Part shown: positions 1-8,529 of the stretch, one piece after another
Position numbering within the stretch: the stretch's first letter is position 1
Layout: each line of letters starts with the position of its first letter
Assembly: GCA_025808555.1 (NCBI GenBank)
Contig: CP075526.1
Span: forward strand, 1,848,712-1,912,711
Direction: 5' to 3'
DNA: 64,000 nt
From: Anaerolineales bacterium
Lineage (GTDB): Bacteria > Chloroflexota > Anaerolineae > Anaerolineales > UBA11579
Program-made: the position numbers and the translations under genes
Notes under the pieces: generated by a model
What the model was told of the DNA's origin: nothing
The model's input: only the letters and a program-made list of their open reading frames with translations
The model's database searches: none

Positions 1-570
1 CGCCGGCTGGAGCTGGCCCGCGGGTTGCTGCACCAACCGCAGGTGCTGTTCCTCGATGAGCCCACGGTGGGGCTTGATCCGCAGACCCGTAATGCCATAT
101 GGGACTATCTGGCGACCTTGCGCAGGGAAAGCGGCGTGACCGTCTTTTTGACCACCCATTATCTGGAAGAGGCCGAGGATTGCGATCGAGTAGCCATTAT
201 TGATCGCGGGCGCCTGGTGGCGCTGGATACATCGGCCGCGCTCAAGGCCGGGCTGGGCGGGGATGTGCTCCACATCCGCGTGGCGGATGGGCAGGCGGCC
301 AGCGCCCTGCTGCACCAGCAGGCGCAGCTGGAAGCGCAGCCCGGGCCGGACGGCCTGATGGTGGAAGTGGCCGATGGGCCGCGACGGATCCCTCAACTGG
401 TGGGCTTGCTGGAGGGAGCGGGGATTGCGGTGCAGGCGATCAATCTGCGCCGTCCTTCATTAGAGGATGTGTTCATCAAGTTGACCGGGCGGGCGATACG
501 GTCGGAGACGGCGGATACCACACAAGCGCTGGGGCGACGGATGGGCCGCGGCGGGCGAGGTGGCCGGTGA
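1..570 (+). CDS. ABC transporter ATP-binding protein, C-terminal part (5' end lies outside the window)
   Basis: Frame 1 is open from base 1. RRLELARGLLHQPQVLFLDEPTVGLDP covers the region after the ABC signature plus Walker B, and TTHYLEEAE is the H-loop. The stop overlaps the next start (GTGA at 567-570). The tail is Gly/Arg-rich. Confidence 0.85.
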   Translation, partial: RRLELARGLLHQPQVLFLDEPTVGLDPQTRNAIWDYLATLRRESGVTVFLTTHYLEEAEDCDRVAIIDRGRLVALDTSAALKAGLGGDVLHIRVADGQAASALLHQQAQLEAQPGPDGLMVEVADGPRRIPQLVGLLEGAGIAVQAINLRRPSLEDVFIKLTGRAIRSETADTTQALGRRMGRGGRGGR

Positions 571-1346
571 GCGCGCTGTATACGATATGGTTGCGCGACC
601 TGACCCGTTTCCTGCGCAACCGCTCGCGGATATTCACTTCGCTGGCACAGCCGCTGCTGTATCTGGCGATCTTTGGCAGCGGGCTGTCTGGCCTGCTATC
701 GGGCACGGCGCCGCTGGGTGGGGTGAGTTTTACGGCGTTCGTGTATCCCGGCGTGATCGGCCTGACGATCATGTTCACAGCGCTGTTCACCGCCATCTCG
801 GTGGTATATGACCGAGAGTTTGGCTTCTTGAAAGAGGTGCTTGTTTCGCCCGCGCCGCGCCTGGCGGTGGCGTTAGGCAAGGTGGCCAGCGGAACAACTA
901 TCGCGCTGCTGCAAGGCGTGCTGACCCTGCCGCTGGCCTGGCTGCTGGGGCTGCCGCTGACGCTGGGGCAGGTGGCGGTACTGCTGGGCATCATGGCGGT
1001 GCTGGCCGCGGTGTGCACGGCGCTCGGTTTGCTGGTCTCGACGCGGCTGCGCGGTATTGAAGGCTACAACGTGATCATTAATTTTCTGATGATGCCGCTG
1101 TTCCTGCTGTCCGGGGCGCTGTTCCCGCTGGCCGGGCTGCCAGTGTGGATGAATATTCTGGTGCGGGTCAACCCTATGGCGTACGCCACTGATGCGTTGC
1201 GCCAGGTGGCGCTGGCTGGGGCAGCGGAGCCAGGCTTCCTGGCCGCCAGCCGCCTGCACCCGGTGGGCGTGGATGTGCTGGTCTTGGTGGGCTTCTTTGT
1301 AGTGTTCATCGTGCCGGCGGTGCGGGCGTTCAGCAAGCCCGAATAA
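567..1346 (+). CDS. ABC-2 type transporter permease
   Basis: 259 aa with about six hydrophobic helices. The GTG start overlaps the stop of the upstream ATPase. The layout is typical of DrrA/DrrB-like exporters. Confidence 0.8.
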   Translation: MSALYTIWLRDLTRFLRNRSRIFTSLAQPLLYLAIFGSGLSGLLSGTAPLGGVSFTAFVYPGVIGLTIMFTALFTAISVVYDREFGFLKEVLVSPAPRLAVALGKVASGTTIALLQGVLTLPLAWLLGLPLTLGQVAVLLGIMAVLAAVCTALGLLVSTRLRGIEGYNVIINFLMMPLFLLSGALFPLAGLPVWMNILVRVNPMAYATDALRQVALAGAAEPGFLAASRLHPVGVDVLVLVGFFVVFIVPAVRAFSKPE

Positions 1347-1550
1347 AAGATTACATTTGAGATTAATACTTTCCCCCGTAAAGTTTGCACTTTTAACTTC
1401 CCGACGAATTGGTTAAAACTTTTTGGCATTTTCAGGCTAAAGGCGCGCGTATGATGTGTGGCAAGCAAGCACTGCCATCCCCTGATGCCTGTATAGCTCA
1501 ATTTGGAGCGGATGGGCAAGAATAAGGCTGGTTGTCAAGGAGTTGCAGAG

Positions 1551-1590
1551 AAAAAAAAAGCCCCGTTGCAAGCAGCGGGGCTTTTTGGTT
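1551..1590. terminator. Bidirectional intrinsic terminator between the convergent ABC permease and hppA
   Basis: An A9 tract is followed by the stem GCCCCGTTGC / GCAGCGGGGC (one G-U pair, 1560-1581) and then TTTTT. The hairpin reads as a terminator on both strands. Confidence 0.8.
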
Positions 1591-1602
1591 TTGCTTGCAG
1601 GC

Positions 1603-3948
1603 TTAGCGACGAGCGTTGGCCTTCTTCTTGGCAACCTTTGCGGTGCTCTTGCTGGAGAGGATGGACCAACCCAGCAGGGCCACCATGACGGCAGCAGCGG
1701 CCCATTCACCGGGGCCAAGGCTCTCGATCTGCACCACCACGGGGGCGATGATGACGGAGACCAGGTTGACCACCTTGATCATGGGGTTGAGGGCCGGGCC
1801 GGCGGTGTCCTTCAGCGGGTCACCGACGGTGTCACCGACCACGCTGGCCTTGTGGCGCTCAGAGCCTTTGCCCAGGTTCTTCTTGGGGGTCTTGGGCTCA
1901 TCTTCGATCAGTTTCTTGGCGTTATCCCAGGCGCCGCCGGCGTTGTTCATGAACACTGCCAGCAACTGGCCGGAGAGGATGATGCCAGCCAGGAAGCCAC
2001 CCAGGGCATTCACACCCAGCAGCAGACCCACCAGAATGGGAGTGACCACCGCCAGGACGGCCAGGGGAACGAGTTCCTTCTGGGCCGCGCCGGTGGAGAT
2101 GTCAACGGCCTGCTTGTAGTCAGGCTTGACCTTGCCCTTGAGCACGCCGCGGGCGAACTGGCGACGGCATTCCTCAACGATGAGGGCTGCGGCGCGGCTA
2201 ACGGCCTGGATGGCGTAGGAGGAGAACAGCCAGGGCAGGGCGCCACCGATGAGCATGCCCACGAACACCTGGGGCACGTCAATGCGGATACCGATGGATT
2301 GGATCTGTTGTGCCAGCGGCACACCTGCGGCGGCCTGGGCACGGCTTACATCAACCAGGTAAGAGCCAAACAGGGCCACGGCGGCAATGACCGCCGAGCC
2401 GATGGCGACACCCTTGGTGATGGCTTTGGTGGTGTTACCCACCGCGTCCAGATCAGCCATGATGCGCTGAGCCTTCTTGGTGGTGGCGTCGGTCTTGCCA
2501 CTCCACGACATCTCACCGATGCCGTTCGCGTTGTCTGCGATAGGGCCGAAGGAGTCCATGGCCACGTTGTTGCCCGTCAGGGTCAGCATGCCGATGCCGG
2601 TCATGGCGACGCCATACAGGATGTAGGTGATCGTCTCGGCGGGGGTGTTGCCGATGCCGCCGAAGAGCAGGATGGACGAGAAGATGGTGGCGGCGATGAC
2701 GATGGCAGCCCACACGGAGGACTCGTAGCCGACGGACAGACCCTGAAGGATCAGGGTCGCCGGGCCGGTATCAGCTGCTTTCTTGATCTCATCCACCGGC
2801 TTCTGGTGCGTGCCGGTGAAGTACTCAGTCATGCGGTCGATCAGGATGGCGAGCAGCACACCGATGGCGACGGCCGCGGGGGTGAGCCACCAGGCGCCGG
2901 GCAGGCCGGCATCCTTCAAGTAGAAGAAGGCGGCGGCGAAGAACAGCACTACCGAGATCACGGCGGAGGACAGGAAGCCGCTGAAGATGGCGCTCATGGC
3001 CTTGGCAGCGTTGCCTTCCTTGCCAGCCTTGACAGCGTAGGTGCCGATGATGGAAGAGAGCACACCCACACCGCGCACGATCAGCGGGTAGATGATCCAC
3101 TCAATGTGGCCGGTCAGGGCGTGCAAAGCCACACCCAGGATCAGGCCGGAGACGATGGTGACCTCGTAGGACTCAAAGATGTCAGCAGCCATGCCGGCAC
3201 AGTCACCCACGTTGTCACCCACCAGGTCAGCTACAACGGCGGGGTTGCGCGGGTCGTCTTCGGGGATGTCGTTCTCAACTTTGCCGACGAGGTCGGCGCC
3301 CACATCGGCGGCCTTGGTGAAAATGCCACCGCCGACGCGCATGAACAGCGCCAGCAGGGTGCCGCCGAAGCCGAAGCCCAGCAGGGCGTCAGGCGCGGCG
3401 ATGCCAAAGTAGATGAAGATGACCGTGCCGCCCAGGAGACCCAGGCCGTCGGTCAGCATGCCGGTGATGGTGCCGGCGCGGTAAGCGATCTTGAGCGCGC
3501 CGCCGAAGGAATAGCGCGCCTCAGAGGCTACGCGCACATTGGCGTTGACCGCCATGCGCATACCGATCTGGCCCACCAGCAGCGAGAACACGGCGCCCAT
3601 TACAAAGCCCACGGCGCGGCCGACACCAATGATGGTGCTGACCTGCTCAAGGCTCATGCCATGGAAGCGCTCGATAGCTTCAGGGGTGGGAGGCACAATG
3701 GCCACGGAGAGGTACATGGCCACCGTCAGGATCACGATAAGAGGCACAATGGTTCGCAGCTGGCGAACTAGGTAAGCATTTGCGCCGTCACGGATGGCGC
3801 TCCATACCTCTTGCATCTTGGGAGTGCCGGCGTCTGCCGCCATCACTTCCTTGCGCAGCCAGAGCGCATAGGCCAGGCCGAGGATGGCAACGCCAAACAC
3901 GGCCCAGATGGCTCCGACTTCAAAACTGGTCAAACCTAATTCATACAT
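1603..3948 (-). CDS. hppA: Membrane-bound H+-translocating pyrophosphatase, K+-independent type
   Basis: 781 aa and highly hydrophobic. It carries the diagnostic PPase motifs GGIFTKAADVGADLVGKVE and DNVGDCAGMAADIFESY. The motif GNTTKAITKG has Lys and Thr at the positions that distinguish K+-independent enzymes (GNTTAAxGKG in K+-dependent ones). Confidence 0.95.
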   Translation of the reverse strand: MYELGLTSFEVGAIWAVFGVAILGLAYALWLRKEVMAADAGTPKMQEVWSAIRDGANAYLVRQLRTIVPLIVILTVAMYLSVAIVPPTPEAIERFHGMSLEQVSTIIGVGRAVGFVMGAVFSLLVGQIGMRMAVNANVRVASEARYSFGGALKIAYRAGTITGMLTDGLGLLGGTVIFIYFGIAAPDALLGFGFGGTLLALFMRVGGGIFTKAADVGADLVGKVENDIPEDDPRNPAVVADLVGDNVGDCAGMAADIFESYEVTIVSGLILGVALHALTGHIEWIIYPLIVRGVGVLSSIIGTYAVKAGKEGNAAKAMSAIFSGFLSSAVISVVLFFAAAFFYLKDAGLPGAWWLTPAAVAIGVLLAILIDRMTEYFTGTHQKPVDEIKKAADTGPATLILQGLSVGYESSVWAAIVIAATIFSSILLFGGIGNTPAETITYILYGVAMTGIGMLTLTGNNVAMDSFGPIADNANGIGEMSWSGKTDATTKKAQRIMADLDAVGNTTKAITKGVAIGSAVIAAVALFGSYLVDVSRAQAAAGVPLAQQIQSIGIRIDVPQVFVGMLIGGALPWLFSSYAIQAVSRAAALIVEECRRQFARGVLKGKVKPDYKQAVDISTGAAQKELVPLAVLAVVTPILVGLLLGVNALGGFLAGIILSGQLLAVFMNNAGGAWDNAKKLIEDEPKTPKKNLGKGSERHKASVVGDTVGDPLKDTAGPALNPMIKVVNLVSVIIAPVVVQIESLGPGEWAAAAVMVALLGWSILSSKSTAKVAKKKANARR

Positions 3949-3982
3949 GCAAATTACTCCTGTGAAATGTGCTGTTTTCCTT

Positions 3983-4015
3983 AAAAAGCGCCGGTGGCGT
4001 TAGGCCGACGGCGCT
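3983..4015 (-). terminator. Probable intrinsic terminator downstream of the ABM gene
   Basis: On the minus strand the stem AGCGCCG...CGGCGCT has extra internal pairing and is followed by TTTTT. It lies 70 nt after the ABM stop codon. Confidence 0.5.
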
Positions 4016-4086
4016 AGGTTAGGCACTGCAAGGTTTGATTGTAATTTGTGGTTGGGGATTGCGTCAAGCGCAGGCGAGTGGGCCAG

Positions 4087-4401
4087 CTAGAGCCCTTTGC
4101 CGCCCAGAGTCTGCAATTCCACCCGGTCAGACATGCCTGCGATGAGCGGGCGGGCCTGGGCGATCAGGGTCTGGGTGGCTTCATCTTGCAGCGAAGCCTG
4201 ATGGGCCGCCTGGCTGGTCCATACTTCGCTGACCCAGACGGCATCGGGTTCGCCCGGCTGCCCGCTTACGATATAGATGAGGCAGGCCGGGTTTTGGCGC
4301 AAGCCTTCGGCGGCATCCAGCAGGATCTGGCGCAGGGCCGGGCCGTTGCCGGGAGTGGCGGTGAATTTGCCGTGCAAGCCATAGTGCATGGCAAGGATCA
4401 T
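4087..4401 (-). CDS. Antibiotic-biosynthesis-monooxygenase (ABM) domain protein / putative quinol monooxygenase
   Basis: 104 aa with a ferredoxin-like ABM pattern (GCL-type segment PACLIYIV, then VWVSEVWTSQAAHQASL). The size is typical of YgiN-like proteins. Confidence 0.65.
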   Translation of the reverse strand: MILAMHYGLHGKFTATPGNGPALRQILLDAAEGLRQNPACLIYIVSGQPGEPDAVWVSEVWTSQAAHQASLQDEATQTLIAQARPLIAGMSDRVELQTLGGKGL

Positions 4402-4511
4402 ACTCTAGATGAGAGGGCTCCTTTTGGGCGTCCTCATTCTTTGGGATTCTGTGCGAAAAAGGTGGAATTTTGCTCATGTAAGCCTTTGAGGAGCCTAAAA
4501 AGATTTCGTTG

Positions 4512-4541
4512 TTGACTCGGCTGTTTGATTCGCTGTATAGT
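4512..4541 (+). promoter_or_regulatory. Sigma-70-type promoter candidate upstream of rpoD
   Basis: TTGACT (4512-4517), an 18-nt spacer, then TATAGT (4536-4541). It sits in an AT-rich divergent intergenic region. Confidence 0.45.
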
Positions 4542-4569
4542 TTCTGTCCACTTGGAAAGCTAAAACAGA

Positions 4570-4599
4570 CCAGCAACAGCACCCGTTGCTGGCTTTTTA
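4570..4599 (+). terminator. Terminator-like hairpin in the rpoD leader (possible attenuator)
   Basis: Stem CCAGCAAC (4570-4577), a 7-nt loop and GTTGCTGG (4585-4592), followed by CTTTTTA. It lies between the candidate promoter and the rpoD start at 4656. Confidence 0.4.
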
Positions 4600-4655
4600 T
4601 GCCACTTTGTTTACGCAGTTCCTTGTGAGTCCCACAATCGAAAGAGCGCCTGTAA

Positions 4656-5900
4656 GTGCTGAACGAAAAACTCCTTAGCGACATCGTTGAAAACGACCAC
4701 GATCAAGACCGAGATCATCCTGCAGTTGTCCGTTTAATTGAACTAGGCCGTAAGCAAGGCTACGTCACGATTGATGACATCCTCAACTTCTTCCCTGAAG
4801 CTGAGCGTGATGTAGACAAGCTGGAAGAGGCGTTTGCCGCCCTGTTGGGCGCCGGCGTGGCTTATGTGGATGACCCTGAGGGTCTGGAACAAGTGGCCGA
4901 CGCTGAATTAAGCGACGATGACGCCGAAGAGGAAGAGAGCGAGAGCCGCCGCCAGCGAGAAGCTGACGACAACTATCTGGCCAATATCGACACCGATGAC
5001 ATGATCGGCCTGTATCTGAAGGAAGTGGGGCGGGTACCCCTGCTAACTGCTCCTGAGGAAGTCAGCCTGGCCAAGCGGATCGAGAAGGGCCGGATTGCCC
5101 GCGAGATTCTGGCCTCCGGACGGTTGGAAGAGGCTCAGCGTGGCAAGTATCGCTTCAATATTGAGGATGGCTGGGCGGCCCGTGAGCATCTGATCACGGC
5201 CAACAGCCGCCTGGTGATCAGCGTGGCCAAGAAGTACATGGGCCGCGGAGTACCGTTCCAGGACCTTATTCAGGAAGGCAATATTGGCCTGATCCGCGCC
5301 GCCAAGAAGTTCGATTATCGCCGCGGCCACAAGTTCAGCACCTATGCCACCTGGTGGATCCGCCAGGCGGTGACGCGGGCGATCGCTGACCAGGGCCGCA
5401 CCATCCGTGTGCCGGTGCACATGGGTGACCAGATCAACAAGCTGCTGCGCGTGCAGCACCAGCTGACCCAGCGCCTGGGCCGCGAACCATCGGTGGAGGA
5501 GCTGGCCGCTGCTCTGGATGTACCCGCCAAGAAGGTGGAGAACATGATCCAGGTGGCGCGCCGCCCGCTCTCGCTAGAAACCCCGACCGATGACGAAGAA
5601 GATTCGGTGTTGGGCGACTTTATTCAGGATCACGAAGCCCCGGCTCCTGACGACTCGGCCACCTACAACCTGCTGCGCCAGCATCTCGGCGAAGTATTGG
5701 ACGGGCTGCCGCCGCGCGAAGTGCGCATTCTGCAGCTTCGCTACGGTCTGCTGGATGGCCAGGCGTACACGCTGGAGGAAGTGGGCAGCAAGATGGGCGT
5801 GACGCGCGAGCGTGTGCGCCAGATCGAGGCGCAAGCCTTGAGCCGCCTGCGCCACCCGGTGGTGAGCAAGAAGCTCAAAGAATATCTGGGCGAGAACTAG
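4656..5900 (+). CDS. rpoD: Primary RNA polymerase sigma factor (sigma-70 family, group 1)
   Basis: 414 aa. The N-terminal half is acidic (region 1.1 and spacer). Region 2 reads FSTYATWWIRQAVTRAIADQGRTIRVPVHM and region 4 reads YTLEEVGSKMGVTRERVRQIEAQAL. The start codon is GTG. Confidence 0.95.
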   Translation: MLNEKLLSDIVENDHDQDRDHPAVVRLIELGRKQGYVTIDDILNFFPEAERDVDKLEEAFAALLGAGVAYVDDPEGLEQVADAELSDDDAEEEESESRRQREADDNYLANIDTDDMIGLYLKEVGRVPLLTAPEEVSLAKRIEKGRIAREILASGRLEEAQRGKYRFNIEDGWAAREHLITANSRLVISVAKKYMGRGVPFQDLIQEGNIGLIRAAKKFDYRRGHKFSTYATWWIRQAVTRAIADQGRTIRVPVHMGDQINKLLRVQHQLTQRLGREPSVEELAAALDVPAKKVENMIQVARRPLSLETPTDDEEDSVLGDFIQDHEAPAPDDSATYNLLRQHLGEVLDGLPPREVRILQLRYGLLDGQAYTLEEVGSKMGVTRERVRQIEAQALSRLRHPVVSKKLKEYLGEN

Positions 5901-5911
5901 AGCGAATCAAA

Positions 5912-5939
5912 AGACCTGCCGAGAGGCAGGTCTTTTTTT
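5912..5939. terminator. Bidirectional intrinsic terminator (rpoD / pspC-domain gene)
   Basis: Stem AGACCTGCC, loop GAGA, stem GGCAGGTCT, then a T6 tract. An A-rich tract upstream gives a U-tract on the opposite strand. Confidence 0.85.
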
Positions 5940-5955
5940 GTTTGTCGGGTCTACA

Positions 5956-6477
5956 TCACAGTACTGAATTGCTTCCATATCTAGCGAAGTATTCTTCGCG
6001 AGTAGCGACCACAGGCAGGAAGAAGGCGGCGGCGAAGTAAACGAGGATGAACGCGCCGCCGGTGACAAGGGCCAATCCAATAAAGATCGTTCGCAGCCAA
6101 TCGACATTGATATCCGAGTAGGCCGAAAACCCCTGGCAAATCCCAAGGATGTCCTGGCCTTCTTGAATGCGCACCAATCGACGCCGGCCTTTTGGAGGCG
6201 TTTGGGCTGAGGCAGGCTCGCCAGCTACGGGACCGACCTCGGCCAGGACAGCGTCAATGTCGGCAAGAGTGAGGACTTGCTCGGCGCTGCCCAGGCGGGC
6301 GGCGAGCTTATCACCGATGGATTGCTCGAGATCGCGCAGCACCTCCTCATGGTCAGGATCGGCTTGCAGGCTGTTTTTGGCCCGGTCGAGATAGCGGCGC
6401 AGCCCGTCGTAAGCATCCTGCTTGGCTTTGAAGCTGGCGGTGTGGCCGCTAAGGGTAATGAGTACTAAATTCTTCAC
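5956..6477 (-). CDS. PspC domain-containing membrane protein
   Basis: 173 aa. The C-terminal segment ILGICQGFSAYSDINVDWLRTIFIGLALVTGG matches the PspC N-terminal-domain pattern and is followed by a TM helix. It starts 3 nt downstream of padR. Confidence 0.75.
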   Translation of the reverse strand: MKNLVLITLSGHTASFKAKQDAYDGLRRYLDRAKNSLQADPDHEEVLRDLEQSIGDKLAARLGSAEQVLTLADIDAVLAEVGPVAGEPASAQTPPKGRRRLVRIQEGQDILGICQGFSAYSDINVDWLRTIFIGLALVTGGAFILVYFAAAFFLPVVATREEYFARYGSNSVL

Positions 6478-6480
6478 TGT

Positions 6481-6804
6481 CTATTCTCCTAGTTTATTGA
6501 TAAGTGTGGTCAGGTATTTCCAGTAGGCATTGAACTCAGTCAACTGCTTACGCCCAGCGGGGGTCAGCTTGTAATACTTGCGCGGCGGGCCTGAGTCCGA
6601 CTCCTGCCATTCGTAATCCAGTAGCTCATCGCGACGCATCTTGCTGAGCAGCGGGTAGAGCGTACCTTCCTGGGTGGCGAAGTCGGTCTGGCTCAGACGC
6701 TGCAGGATGTCTGCGGCATAGACCTTGCCGGCCGAAACGATCACCAGGATCAGAAATTCCAGCAAGCCCTTGCGCAAAGGGGTAAGTTTGGGGGACGTTG
6801 TCAT
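6481..6804 (-). CDS. PadR family transcriptional regulator
   Basis: I take the start at the internal ATG (6804), giving MTTSPKLTPLRKGLLEFLIL. The winged-helix PadR pattern is GTLYPLLSKMRRDELLDYEWQESDSGPPRKYYKLTPAGRK. The longer ORF to 6966 would overlap the neighbouring gene. Confidence 0.85.
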   Translation of the reverse strand: MTTSPKLTPLRKGLLEFLILVIVSAGKVYAADILQRLSQTDFATQEGTLYPLLSKMRRDELLDYEWQESDSGPPRKYYKLTPAGRKQLTEFNAYWKYLTTLINKLGE

Positions 6805-6868
6805 GCAAGCTACCTTGTTGAATAAAGGTACTATGACATATGCTAGTTTGTCAAGAGGGAATTTTGAG

Positions 6869-8431
6869 CTAGGGCAAACGTTGGTAGAGCGCCAAGCCCC
6901 CCGAGCCGTAGATGTCAGTTGGCCAGAAGTGGGTGCGCTCGTAGGCTGACTGAAAACGCGGATCAAGCAATAAGCCGGAACGGCCGTAGATCTCCAGGAT
7001 GATCACATAATCCGGCAGTTGATCCATTACCAGATCTGGTGCGACCGCGTATTGGAAGTCACCATACAAGGCGGGGTCAAGCGGATAGTAGGGCAAGGTT
7101 TCTTTTGAGTTTAGGCCCACCAGATCAAGGATGCGTGCCTCGGGCAGCTGGTAGCCCAGCACGCCCACATCCGCAGCGGCCACCGTGATCCGTTCAGCGC
7201 TGGTGTGGATAGCGGACTGCACGATCTCAGCGGCTTGGGCGTAGAGCAGCTCTAGCTCGATCCAGGCCATGTGCGGGGCCGGGCGCGCTGGCGGCTGCGC
7301 AGGGCGCAGGGTCCAGCCGTGCAGGGTGGAGAGGAACGGCAGCAGGATGAGCAAGACCGCCAAGGCGCGGGCCGGTGGGGCGTCGCCGATCCTGATGCGC
7401 GCTTTGATGCGCATGGCCAGCGTATGTACGCCCAGAGCAATGAACAAGATGTAAAACGGCAGTGGCGGCGTGAGATACCAGCGGAAGATCAACGGGTTGG
7501 CGATGGAAAAAGTTATGAAGTGCAGCCAGGGGAAGAGCACAAAGGGCCAAACCTCCGGGCGTTGCTTCAGCACAGCCCAGGCCCCGGCAATGAACAAGAA
7601 GGGGTACAGCCATAGCCCCGCGCGCAACCAGGCCGAGCCGAAAGTGAGGTGCTCCAAAAAAGGTGTGGCGAAATGATTGACAAAATTGGAAAGCACGCCC
7701 AACACTTCAGGCCGATAGGCTGTGCTTTTGGCGGCCACGGACTGAGGTAGTGGGCTACCAAAGTACAACCAGGCGAACAAGCCCCACGCCAGCAGGGGCA
7801 AAGCGAAGACGAGGATGGCTTTGCTGTTGGCGCGCCAGAAGTCCCTCCGCAGAAAATTGGGCTGCGAACGCATGGCATGCCAGGCCAGCAGCGGGCCGAC
7901 CAGCAGCACCGCATCCGGCCGGGTGAGGATGGCGGCGGCGCCCAGCCCGGCGGCCAACGGCACACGGTCGTTCAGATACGCCCACAGCATGCCTACGAGG
8001 AGCAAGACATAGACACTAGTCTCTAGCCCGCCGATGGCAAAGGTAACGCTGAAGGGGGCGATGGCCCATATGAGGGCGACGGCAACACCGGCCGGACGGC
8101 TGCCGAGTTGCCGGCCGAGTGCATACAGCAGCACGGTGGTCAGGGCATCTGCGATGGCAGACACAGCCAACGCCAGCAAGGGGAAACTGGCGTTGGCGGC
8201 GCCAAAGGGGAGGGCCAGCAGGGCCAACAGGAAAGTGAACAGCGGCGTGGTGGTGCCGAGCACCGGCTGGCTGGGATTGTAGACAAAGCCGAAGCCTTCA
8301 AGGATGTTGCGCGCATAGCGGAACGTGATGTAAGCATCGTCAATGGTGCGCGGGCCGGGCAGCAGACGGGCGAACAGTGCCAGGGCGAACAAGGCGATGA
8401 GTAGCCAGGGGACCGAAGACTTGCGCGGCAT
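6869..8431 (-). CDS. Polytopic membrane protein, putative GT-C-fold glycosyltransferase (block 1, member A)
   Basis: 520 aa with more than 10 hydrophobic helices. The acidic first-loop motif TIDDAYITFRYARNILEG is paralogous to the motif in member F. The function is tentative. Confidence 0.6.
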   Translation of the reverse strand: MPRKSSVPWLLIALFALALFARLLPGPRTIDDAYITFRYARNILEGFGFVYNPSQPVLGTTTPLFTFLLALLALPFGAANASFPLLALAVSAIADALTTVLLYALGRQLGSRPAGVAVALIWAIAPFSVTFAIGGLETSVYVLLLVGMLWAYLNDRVPLAAGLGAAAILTRPDAVLLVGPLLAWHAMRSQPNFLRRDFWRANSKAILVFALPLLAWGLFAWLYFGSPLPQSVAAKSTAYRPEVLGVLSNFVNHFATPFLEHLTFGSAWLRAGLWLYPFLFIAGAWAVLKQRPEVWPFVLFPWLHFITFSIANPLIFRWYLTPPLPFYILFIALGVHTLAMRIKARIRIGDAPPARALAVLLILLPFLSTLHGWTLRPAQPPARPAPHMAWIELELLYAQAAEIVQSAIHTSAERITVAAADVGVLGYQLPEARILDLVGLNSKETLPYYPLDPALYGDFQYAVAPDLVMDQLPDYVIILEIYGRSGLLLDPRFQSAYERTHFWPTDIYGSGGLALYQRLP

Positions 8432-8529
8432 GCGGGCAATGGTAAATCGAAAACAAGCTTGCTGTTCAAATAATCGCTAGTCAATTTCACTTAACATGAA
8501 ACAAGGGTGGATGAATTACTATTGCGCGC

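Noticed and set aside
1543-3771. A 742-aa ORF on the plus strand, antisense to hppA
   Set aside because: It lies entirely within the well-supported hppA gene on the opposite strand. The translation is Gly/Asp/His/Ala/Arg-rich low complexity with no motifs. Long open antisense frames are expected in high-GC genes. The start region also includes the bidirectional terminator.
4048-4515. A 155-aa plus-strand ORF overlapping the ABM gene
   Set aside because: It is antisense to a motif-supported ABM-domain gene and has no recognisable domain. It runs into the rpoD promoter region.
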